This document shows, piece by piece, positions 49,155-59,533 of a stretch of DNA of 64,000 bases. This DNA comes from Eledone cirrhosa. Its lineage: Eukaryota. How positions within the stretch are numbered: position 1 is the first letter of the stretch; every line of letters begins with the position of its first letter. A program made the translations under genes and the position numbers. The notes under the pieces are model-generated. The model searched no databases. It was not told where the DNA came from and saw only the letters and a program-made list of their open reading frames with translations. The stretch covers positions 10,416,001 through 10,480,000 of the forward strand of contig OZ024743.1 of NCBI GenBank assembly GCA_964016885.1. The letters run 5' to 3'.

Positions 49155-51873
49155 CCCCCATGAAGAATGCACCTCCCAACATAGACTGATAATTAGCGAC
49201 CTCATAGTCAGGACGAGACGTACTCGACAGCAGAAGAGGACTATCCTCAGGAGGAAAATGTGGAAACTAAAGGACCCCACAGCCAGAAATAAATTTCAAA
49301 GCATATTACTTGATGCTTTCGACAGTAAGGAAGAGCATCTAGAATCGGACAATATAGAGGGACAGTGGGAATTTCTGAAAGCAAACCTGCTGTTGGCGAC
49401 AGACGAAGTCTGTGGCTGGAGCAGGCCTGTAGGCAGGAGGAGAGTAACATGGTGGTGGAACAGTAGGGTGGAGGGGTCAATTAAGGCCAAAAAGCAGGCT
49501 TGGAAAGTATGGCGGGATGGGGGGAGTAGAGTAGACTATCAAGTGGCCAGGAGGGAAGCTAGGAGAGAAGTGTACTTAGCAAGAAGGGAAGCTGAGGAAA
49601 GAAAGTTCAAGCATGTTCTACAACGCGATGACCAAAAACGTGAGGTGTTCAGGATTGCTAGGCAATGCGTCAAGGAAAACCGTGATATTGTCGGGGAGAA
49701 GTGTGTACTTAACGATGATGGCATACTTGCCATCACCGACACTGATAAGAAGGTAGCTTGGAAGTGTCACTATGAAAGGCTACTAAATGAGGAGAATAAA
49801 TGGGAGAAAGACAGTCTCCCCCATATCGACCCAATAGAGGGACCAGCAGTGTTAGTCGAGGGGAGTATAATAAGTAAGGCAATCAAGGATATGAAGACGG
49901 GTAAGGCGGCTGGGCCTTCGGAAATAGTTGCTGAGATGCTGAAGGCATCTGGCACGGTGGGACACACCATGGTCACCCGCATAGTTAACCAAGTCGTACA
50001 GAATGGGGTTGTTCCGAAGGACTGGCATAGCAGCATCATCGTTAACTGTTATAAGGGTAAAGGAGACGCCCTAGATAGGAGTAACTATAGAGGCATTAAA
50101 ATTAATCGACCAGGTCATGAAGGTCACGGAAAAAGTAATAGCGCAACTAATCAGAGAGAGAATTGACCTAGATGAAATGCAGTTCGGGTTTGTGTCAGGC
50201 AAAAGCACCACAGACGCTCTTTTCATAGTACGACAACTACAGGAGAAGTACCTAGCTAAAGGTAAACCCCTCTACTTAGCTTTTGTCGACCTGGAGAAAG
50301 CCTTCGACAGAGTCCCCCGCTCCATTATCTGGTGGGCTCTTAGAAAACTAGGCGTTGACGAATGGCTTGTGAGGGCTATACAAGCCATGTATAAAGAAAC
50401 AGTCAGCAAGGTTAGAATTAACAACGAATATAGTGAAGAGTTTAGCGTAAAAGTTGGCGTCCATCAGGGCTCTGTTCTCAGCCCCCTACTATTTATTATT
50501 GCCCTTCAGGCTATAACAGAGGAGTTCAAGACAGGCTGCCCATGGGAACTCCTATACGCAGACGACCTGACACTCATAGCGGAATCAATGGCCGAGCTAG
50601 AGAAGAAATTCCAAACATGGAAGCACGGCCTAGAGTCAAAAGGACTTAAAATTAACCTGGCTAAGACCAAAGTTCTAGTTTGTAGGAAAGAAAACAAGGC
50701 GGCGGTCCCTTCTGGGAAATGGTCGTGCTCGGTGTGTAGGAAAGGCGTGGGTAGAAACTCCATTTTATGTCCTAAATGCAAAGTATGGGTGCATAAAAGA
50801 TGTAGTGGGATCACAGGTAAGCTAACTAAGAACATAGATTTTACATGTGGCCGGTGTTCTGGTGCAATAAGTAGCAGCAAGTGCCCACAAAATACTAGCT
50901 CTTTCAATTGCGCAGAGGGTTCTATAGAAATAGTGGACAGCTTCCGTTACCTGGGCAATAAAATCAGCAGTGGGGGAGGGTGCTCTGAAAGTACTGTAGC
51001 TAGAGTCAGAACTGGTTGGAAAAAGTTCAGAGAGCTTATACCACTATTAGCTGCTAAAGGGTTCTCCCTAAAAATGAAAGGCAGGTTGTACGATGCCTGC
51101 ATACGAACAGCAATGTTGCATGGCAGTGAGACCTGGGCATTGTGTGCAGAGGATATACGCAGACTAGAGAGGAACGAAGCTTGCATGCTCCGCTGGATGT
51201 GTAACAGTAATATACGTGAACGGCAAAGCATAAACGAACTAAGGAAAAAATTAGAGATAAGAGGGATCAGATGTTGTTTACTCGAGAGAAGGCTGCGTTG
51301 GTATGGACACGTGATGCGCATGAAAGTCGATAGCTGTATAACAAAGTGCAGGGCAATAAAGATAGACGGTAGCCACGGAATAGGCAGACCTAGAAAAACC
51401 TGGGATGAGCTGATAAACTCCGACCTCACACACTTACACCTCTCCAAGACAATGTCACTGGACCGAGACCTTTGGCGGTACTCAGTAACAGAGAAGACCC
51501 GCCTTGCCAGTAGGCATCTCTAACAAAATACACCCCGTCCCGCCACCACCCCCACCCCATCCACACCACCCCGTTCTATGTAAAGTTATGTTGGTGCCGC
51601 GCCATCCAGGCCGAAACAAATGAGATCGTGTAGGTGTCACGACAAAAAAACACACAGTCCACGCTGTAATGTGGCCATGTAGGCAACACGGTAAAAACCT
51701 TCCAGACCCACACTGTAAATGTGGTTGGTGTTAGGAAGGGCATCCAACTGTAGAAAACCTGCCAGACAGTCCTATGCGAGCAAGACAATCGCTCTTGCCT
51801 CAAGTGGGACTACCCCCGTCCAAACCCATGCAAGCATGGAACACGGACGTTAAACGTTGATGATGATGATGAT
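49155..51873 (+). mobile_element. RTE family A, longest and youngest-looking copy, 5'-truncated
   Basis: ORFs 49258..50166 and 50117..51523 are joined by one +1 A frameshift at about 50100. There is a deletion of about 28 bp at the stop, and a (GAT)n tail. Confidence 0.96.
50117..51523 (+). CDS. RTE reverse transcriptase (uninterrupted C-terminal 468 aa, with internal PHD-like finger)
   Basis: QFGF, DLEKAFDRVP, HQGSVLSPLLF, YADD, CSVC-CPKC-WVH-C-CGRC, FRYLG, RLRWYGHV. Confidence 0.85.
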   Translation: MKVTEKVIAQLIRERIDLDEMQFGFVSGKSTTDALFIVRQLQEKYLAKGKPLYLAFVDLEKAFDRVPRSIIWWALRKLGVDEWLVRAIQAMYKETVSKVRINNEYSEEFSVKVGVHQGSVLSPLLFIIALQAITEEFKTGCPWELLYADDLTLIAESMAELEKKFQTWKHGLESKGLKINLAKTKVLVCRKENKAAVPSGKWSCSVCRKGVGRNSILCPKCKVWVHKRCSGITGKLTKNIDFTCGRCSGAISSSKCPQNTSSFNCAEGSIEIVDSFRYLGNKISSGGGCSESTVARVRTGWKKFRELIPLLAAKGFSLKMKGRLYDACIRTAMLHGSETWALCAEDIRRLERNEACMLRWMCNSNIRERQSINELRKKLEIRGIRCCLLERRLRWYGHVMRMKVDSCITKCRAIKIDGSHGIGRPRKTWDELINSDLTHLHLSKTMSLDRDLWRYSVTEKTRLASRHL

Positions 51874-52254
51874 CTACTCACACACACACACACACATACA
51901 CACACACACACACACACATATATATAAATATATATACACATATATGTGTACATAGACACATACATACACATCAATATACACTCGTACAAAAATATACATA
52001 CATGCAAAGAGAAAAGCGTGCTAATTGTAGTTAAGGCAAAAAGAAGGTAAAGTAACATTGTAGTAGTGAAATGAGAGAAACTAGGATCTAGGATCAAATG
52101 ATTGCAGCAGCTGAGAAGGAGTAAGATTGTTGGTAGATGAGGTACTTACAGACAATTGTGTGGTATAGACTTGTGAAGGAAATAGTATACTTAATGAATA
52201 TATTTCTGTGGGTAGTAGGTATCCTAATTTAAAGCTATGTTATGTTGGTTCGAT

Positions 52255-53052
52255 TCACGGAGGTTTGAATCTTATGAATTTAGTGGCTATTCTATGTCTG
52301 CAGAAGATAGATCTTTCTAACTTATTATTAAGTAGCCTTTTAACATTTCTAAGGATATACAATAGCTCAAGATCACACAGCCCGCAATAGGACATCCCTG
52401 TACTATAGGTTTTAGCAGCCGACAACTTCGACCAGTTGATAGTGTAGCTAGCGTTGCTGTCCTTCAATTCCCATATTTTTCTGGCGAGGGTGGTGGAACC
52501 CATAAGTGCTCGATTTTTCATTGAGTGCCTGTGCACATACCATCTTTTCTTAAAAGAACCTGCGGTGGATCCTATGTAATTCCAGGTGGAGTTACCCGAG
52601 ATGACAGTGCACATGTACACCAGGCTCGAATCGAGACATCTGTTCGCCAATGGGCACCTATCTGGGAGGTGACAGTTGCAGTTTGAGGCGCTATTTTGTG
52701 CAGCTTTTACATTCCTATTTAGTACCCTGTTATAAGTGGGTTGTGATATATGCCCCATGGGGTTTTGCTGCTGCGCGTTTGTATGCCCTTGTGGTTGTGA
52801 TGTTGTGATGAGTTTGTGCTTATGTATAGGTGCAATTGATTTACTTGAGATATTTCTGTGGTTGATCTTACGTATGTGTGATTCTATGTTAGCTGCTGTA
52901 TAGCAAACCATGTAAACCTTCTTTCCTGATTTATTATTACTCCAAGTGTTTACAACATAGGAATTACAGCATACCCGCAGCATCACTATGAAAACGCCTT
53001 GTTGAGTCAAACCAAGCCAAGCGTTAATATCATCCACTACCTGGAATACCAT
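52255..53052 (-). CDS. Chimeric ORF: junction-derived N-terminus fused to an intact Penelope GIY-YIG endonuclease domain
   Basis: From TAANIESH onward it matches the C-terminus of 53534..55537 (CNC..CP...C, LVY..YIG, FKKRW, CGLC, CRH). Expression is unknown. Confidence 0.45.
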   Translation of the reverse strand: MVFQVVDDINAWLGLTQQGVFIVMLRVCCNSYVVNTWSNNKSGKKVYMVCYTAANIESHIRKINHRNISSKSIAPIHKHKLITTSQPQGHTNAQQQNPMGHISQPTYNRVLNRNVKAAQNSASNCNCHLPDRCPLANRCLDSSLVYMCTVISGNSTWNYIGSTAGSFKKRWYVHRHSMKNRALMGSTTLARKIWELKDSNASYTINWSKLSAAKTYSTGMSYCGLCDLELLYILRNVKRLLNNKLERSIFCRHRIATKFIRFKPP

Positions 53053-53153
53053 AACTGGACTTCACCTAAGTGGACTGCATTTAACTATTATTTGTTAATC
53101 CGTATATTTAGCTCCCACCTGGTCGAGCAACACCATTAACGCACGGCAACAAC

Positions 53154-55537
53154 ATGGAGAAGCACTGTATAGGTATGTCACTAAAAAACATACCTGTACC
53201 TACAAAAAAGGACTATACACTGGGCATGATACGACGGACTAATGATTTCATCCGCAGGGTCCGATGGAAAGCTTACCATTTCGATAAGGGACCGAATACC
53301 AACAGAAGGGAATTTTCCAAGGAGAATTACGGGTTTAAATCCTACAAAAACCCGCCAAACAACCCCGCACTCGATGCCTTCAAGCTGGACCTTATGAACA
53401 TGATAAGTGAAACTAAATTTAAAAAAAGAACAAATCACAACAAATTGCAAAATGACTTAAATACATTACTTAAAAACTAAAAGACACTAACGGTATCATA
53501 GTAAAAGCAGACAAAACATCAAACGTATACTCTATGGACATTAACACATACAATAACTTTATTCAGCGTGAACTACATAAAAAATATAAAAAAACTAATG
53601 AATCTACACTCACCAGCATAAACATGGAGGGCCTGAAGATAGTTAATAAACTCGGAATTTCAGATAGGACCGAACCGCTTACCCCGTGCAACCCTACATT
53701 TAACCTGAAAGATCACAAAAATAACTTTGAAACTAATCCCACCATTAGATTAATATGCCCATCCAAGTCAGACATAGGTAAAATTAGCAAAAACATTCTA
53801 GATAGGGTAATCACACAAATAAAGGGTAAACTAGAAATCAATTTATGGGGCAACACTAACGAGGCAATTAAATGGTTCAATAAAATACAAAATAGGGAGA
53901 CGTGTAACTTCATACAATTTGATATAGACGACTATTATGCATCCATATCCCCAGCTACCCTAGATAAGGCGCTTATATTTGCCCAAAATAACTCTAATCT
54001 TACCCATGATGAAATTGAAATAATAATAGCGGCTAGAAGGACTATCGTAAAATTTGAAAATAACTACTGGGTAAGAAAGGATAGAATAAATAGCTTCGAT
54101 ATTACAATGGGATCAAATGATTCTGCGCAAATTACAGATATCGTGGGGCTATTCATAGCACACAACCTACATAAGGAATTCAGTAACCTCCAAGGAGGAA
54201 TTTATAGGGACGACATGTTACTTATAGCTAGGAACCTAAACAACCAGAGCATGGAAAGACTAAGGAAAAATATTAGAATATTCTTCAAAAAACTAGGCCT
54301 AAGTATTACCTATGAACTAAACCATAAGAAGGTAAACTTTCTAGATGTAACTCTAAATCTAAATACTGGATTAATAGAACCTTTCCACAAAAATAATGAA
54401 AATCTTGCCTACATTAGTTACAACTCAAATCACCCCAAATCCATAATTAAATCCATAGCACGTAGTATATCCCTCCGAATATCCCGCCTATCCTCAAACC
54501 TAGAAATCTTTAACGAGCATGCTGACTATTATAATGCAGCATTAAGTAGGGCCGGTCATAAAGATAAACTACAGTATATAGTGAATAAGGACAACATAAA
54601 CAATCCTAGTAATTTCTACTCCAACCGCTCACATAATAATAGGAATAGCTTGACTAGACATAGGGTTAGACATGTAACACCTAGAGTAAACGGCCAAAAC
54701 ACTAATAACGTAAACCCTAGAAACAATAGAAGAAACAGACAAAGAAAATACCTATGGTTCAACCCAATATTCAACTCCTCTATAAAAACTAGACTGCCCT
54801 CTACATTCTTTAAACTAATAGATAAACACTTCCCTATCTCGCATATATATCACAAAATACTCAATAGATCTACTATAAAACTCTCTTTCTCAACAGCAGC
54901 TAACATAGAATCACACATACGTAAGATCAACCACAGAAATATCTCAAGTAAATCAATTGCACCTATACATAAGCACAAACTCATCACAACATCACAACCA
55001 CAAGCGCATACAAACGCGCAGCAGCAAAACCCCATGGGGCATATATCACAACCCACTTATAACAGGGTACTAAATAGGAATGTAAAAGCTGCACAAAATA
55101 GCGCCTCAAACTGCAACTGTCACCTCCCAGATAGGTGCCTATTGGCGAACAGATGTCTCGATTCGAGCCTGGTGTACATGTGCACTGTCATCTCGGGTAA
55201 CTCCACCTGGAATTACATAGGATCCACCGCGGGTTCTTTTAAGAAAAGATGGTATGTGCACAGGCACTCAATGAAAAATCGAGCACTTATGGGTTCCACC
55301 ACCCTCGCCAGAAAAATATGGGAATTGAAGGACAGCAACGCTAGCTACACTATCAACTGGTCGAAGTTGTCGGCTGCTAAAACCTATAGTACAGGGATGT
55401 CCTATTGCGGGCTGTGTGATCTTGAGCTATTGTATATCCTTAGAAATATTAAAAGGCTACTTAATAATAAGTTAGAAAGATCTATCTTCTGCAGACATAG
55501 AATAGCCACTAAATTCATAAGATTCAAACCTCCGTGA
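53154..55537 (+). pseudogene. Penelope RT-GIY-YIG ORF with a single frameshift at about 53478
   Basis: SLKNIP..RRVRWKA, then after the frameshift KADK, LKDHK, FDIDDYYASI, MGSNDS, YRDD, VNFLDVTL, SNHP, WFNP, CNC-x5-C-x5-C, LVY-x10-YIG, CxLC and CRH. Confidence 0.92.
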
Positions 55538-56237
55538 ATCGAACCAACATAACATAGCTTTAAATTAGGATACCTACTACCCACAGAAATATATTCATTA
55601 AGTATACTATTTCCTTCACAAGTCTATACCACACAATTGTCTGTAAATACCTCATCTACCAACAATCTTACTCCTTCTCAGCTGCTGCAATCATTTGATC
55701 CTAGATCCTAGTTTCTCTCATTTCACTACTACAATGTTACTTTACCTTCTTTTTGCCATAACTACAATTAGCACGCTTTTCTCTTTGCATGTATGTATAT
55801 TTTTGTACGAGTGTATATTGATGTGTATGTATGTGTCTATGTACACATATATGTGTATATATATTTATATGTGTGTGTGTGAGTAGATATATGCGTATAT
55901 TAATTCGTTAACCTCTGTATTAACTCTACAACTATTGAGCTTTGACAGTGGTCCCACTCATGTATACTGTTGAAGATGAAGAGAAAGAATGTAAAAACTA
56001 GCTTATCTTTATAATTTAAAATTGATACACACTACGATACTTTTTGCCTTATGACAGCTGATTTTCACGCCGTAACATTAGATACATTATATACCCCCCA
56101 CCTAAGTAATGTCAGGGTCTCCTTAAATAGTTTATTGATAGCATTGTTGTAATAATTGTTGTTGTTATTGTTCTAATTGAATGCCATAACTACTCCATAT
56201 TTTCTTTTTTTTTCTTGCCTGTGTATTTTCTTCATTC

Positions 56238-56356
56238 TCGCATGCTCCGAAGATCTGACTGGTTATAATTCTGTATTGGCGATCGAATGACGCAAAATTA
56301 GGCGGATAGCGATCTCTAGACAGACCAGTTCAGTGAAACAAATGTAAGCTATGTGA
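56238..56356 (+). ncRNA. Type I hammerhead ribozyme with extended stem II
   Basis: Stem I UCGCAU-GCU; core CCGAAGA (56247-53); stem II CUGACUGGU/ACCAGUUCAG; GAAA (56335-38); stem III AC-AAAU-GU; predicted cleavage GUA at 56346; stem I' AGCUAUGUGA; AATAAA immediately after. Confidence 0.72.
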
Positions 56357-57189
56357 ATAAAAACTTTTTTGTATAGCAAACCATGTAAACCTTCTTTCCT
56401 GATTTATATATATATATATATATATATGCACTTACTCAACAATCATAGCTACCCACTTTTATCCACCATATCATATAACTTCCCATTTTATGATATTTCA
56501 TAATCATACTCTCTGTAATACCTATATCTTATTCTATTTTAACTCTTATTTTAATCTTAACTTTAAATCTATTTTTCATAAAAATCTTTTCACTATAATC
56601 TTTCATATCTTACACTTCTACTCCCCCACAATATTCTAATCATCCCACACCCATTCTACTAATTCCATTAATCTTTTCCTTTTCTTATTCACTAACACCC
56701 CTCGCCCTATGCACCCATATTCACCCTCATCACCTACTAGATTCTTATTATAGTTCTATTCTAGCATAATACCTGTTAGAAATGACAGTGTTCATAGTAA
56801 AATATATAAATATATATAACTTGATAATTCCTTCATTACAATATTCTGTTTACAATGCTTGAATCTCCAAATTTTCCTAGACATCCTCACACATGAAACT
56901 CTACCCATTGCTGTATTTCATTTTACATTCATTTAAATCAGTTACAATATTTTTTCTACATATTTTCTTTAAACATTAACAAACATATCTCTACTAAGTC
57001 ACAATGATTTCCTTCTACCTCTGTATCTATCTATCTATCTTCAGACATTTATTTGGATTTGTGCTTTGTTATTGGTTATTTTTATTTATAGATAGATACA
57101 TTCATCATTATAGATAAATAGATAGCTATAGATAGTATGTACATAGATAATGCTCCAATGGATGTGTAATAGTAATATATATGAGCAGC

Positions 57190-57835
57190 AAAGTGTAAAT
57201 GAACTAAGAGAGAAATTAGGCACAAAAGGGATCTGATGCAGTATACTAGAGAGGACATTGCGTTGGTATCGTCATGGGAATGAAGGACGACAGCTGTATA
57301 AAAAGGTGCAGGGCGATCAAAATTGATGGAAGCTACAAAATAGGAAGACCTGGGATAAGTTGATAAAACCTGACCTTTCACAATTGCACCTCTCGAAGAC
57401 AATGACACAGGATCGAGATCTTCGGCATTATGCAGTAAAACAGAAGACCCACTTTCCCTTGTGCATGGATGGACTCAAACATACACCTAGTAGCCACTTC
57501 TTAATCCACTATACCAAATTCCTACACCCCCATGCCTCTACACTAGCCTTCTACTTCTGCCCACACCACCCTTACACTGTAAAGTTATGTTGGTATCACA
57601 AAATCATCCAGCCCACACTGTAAAGTGGTCATGTAGAAGACATGACAAAAAGCACCCAGCACACACTGTAAATGTGATTGGCATTAGGAAGGGCATCCAG
57701 CTGTAGAAATCTAGCTAGAAACAGTCCTATATGAGCAAGATACGGTCACCTGCCCCAACTTGCCTCTACTGAGACAAACCCATTTAACCCATGCTATAGC
57801 GTGGAAAATAGATGTTAAATGATGATGATGATGAT
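57190..57835 (+). mobile_element. Old RTE 3' portion
   Basis: VNELREKLG..LRWYR..MKDDSCIKRC, then a 3'UTR with GGAAGGGCATCCAGCTGTAGAAA and (GAT)n. Confidence 0.8.
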
Positions 57836-59089
57836 CATAGATACACACACACACACACACATATATATATATTTAAATTATATCTAAATTATATTTAATG
57901 TAGATATAACTACTGATTTTGAATTAGAAACATTCACTGTGAAAAGAATGAAATGCAAACACTTTCAAATATTCTTCCATACAGAGAAAAACATAAAAGA
58001 TTATGCCATATTTTAGAGACTTCATCTCCTTTTCAAAACATAACTGATGATTCTATGTACAGATAAATATTATAATAGTGATCCTATATATATCAATGGA
58101 GTTTAAATTAGAGTTTGAATGGTCAGTCTAATGCATATGTTTAGCAATGAATGTCATTATATAATAAATATCTATGCTAAAACATTGCATATATTCGAAA
58201 CTTTAAAGTATATTTAATATATACAGTGATAGAATTTATCACAAAACAGTAATTAATCAAATAATACATATTTATGCTAAAATACAGTGTATATTAGAAT
58301 ATGGAAGATATATTTGATATATACAAACAAGCATTATCTCAGAAAACAGTCAGATAAAATTTGAGTGTCATAAATATCATTTAGACTGCATATGATAAAA
58401 TAAAAGAAACACTCACTTTCTGAAGAAGTTCCTTGTTTCCCAAGAACTGCCAGACAAACTTACTTTAATCTAAAGCATACCAACATGGGTAATTACTTAG
58501 AATCTTGAGAATTATGCCAATATTGACAGGAAATGAAACTTCTCTTGAACTCCTGATGATTATATCATGTTACATTTAAAAGGTTATACAGAGCAAGAGA
58601 TAATAATAATTATTAAATGCCTATTGAATAAAATAGCCTATGAATCCTTTAAATCCTTAAGATCCAACCAAAAATGACAATTATGTCATATATTTGCAGA
58701 AAACATATTGCACAAATGATCAGTAGTTGATGAAAAATGTCACCCTAAGTGGAATTGCTAAAACAATGTACAATATTATTCATATGAAGATCTACCCTGG
58801 GACAAATATAACATATTTTGGATGTTAAATTATTTTTTTCACAGAGATACATAGATTTTTACTGGCATCATGAACATTCAGGGATTTCGCAATTTCTTTT
58901 AATTAACAGTTATTTTATAGCTCTTTCGTCGCAAAATCACATTTAAAATTAGGTACTATTGTGAAGATCAACTGCTCAGTTTGTGTAAACATTGCATTCA
59001 AAATAGGACATTTACAGACATTTGCTTTAAAATCTATTTATAAATTTACAATTATACCTGATGTTTTATGTGAATCTATATATATTTTA

Positions 59090-59533
59090 GTTTTGCGAGG
59101 TTTTTGATATGAAATCGTGTGTTGAAACAAATATTGTTATACTTGGGGAGGGTCATATTGTTGTAATAATATTGCCAGAATTAATAACAGAACACACTCA
59201 CTGTTTGGTTGGTTTTTGCTTCTGTATCTTTTATATCACTTAATTTATTCGGTCCTCAATGTTTACCATTGACTGACCAACGGTCAAAAATACAGATATA
59301 ATATAGACACAAACATATATATATAGTCTAACAAAGTTCTTTCATTGCACATCTGCAACATCGTCAGTGGTGTTATTATGGTTATTATGTTTCCTCCTGT
59401 TGTATTGTATGTCTACGCCATCTTTATTAACTGATATAAAAGATACAGAAGCGAAAACAACCAAACAGTGAGTGTGTTCTGTTATTAATTCTGGCAATAT
59501 TATTACAACAATATGACTCTCCCCAAGTATAAC
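59090..59533. mobile_element. Penelope-like pLTR remnant with an inverted repeat of about 100 bp and a degenerate hammerhead
   Basis: 59136-59238 is the inverse of 59432-59533. The minus strand at 59332-59370 reads CTGACGA-T-GTTGCA-GATG-TGCAAT-GAAA. Confidence 0.6.

Larger units (their letters stand above)
48450..52899 (-). mobile_element. Inverted partial copy of the Penelope-like element (GIY-YIG region, 3'UTR and pLTR), split by an RTE insertion at 49143-51873
   Basis: 51874-52899 is the reverse complement of about 54893-55886. 48625-49142 is the reverse complement of 55888-56406. 48450-48660 is the reverse complement of 52897-53107. Confidence 0.93.
52897..56406 (+). mobile_element. Penelope-like element, Naiad-type, nearly full length
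   Basis: RT followed by a C-terminal GIY-YIG domain. A terminal direct repeat of about 37 bp (TGTATAGCAAACC..GATTTA) is at 52897 and 56370. A hammerhead and AATAAA lie near the 3' end, and the element ends in (TA)n. Confidence 0.93.

Noticed and set aside
49170-49190. APE terminal motif SQH/PQH instead of SDH as a catalytic anomaly
   Set aside because: It is shared by all three families here, and to my knowledge QH is a common RTE-clade variant, so it is not treated as novel.
56281-56315. Functional SECIS element
   Set aside because: AUGA/GA and an AAAA loop are present, but helix II is 3 bp rather than about 11-12 bp and the ORF has no in-frame UGA. It is kept only as a k-turn-like or vestigial hypothesis.
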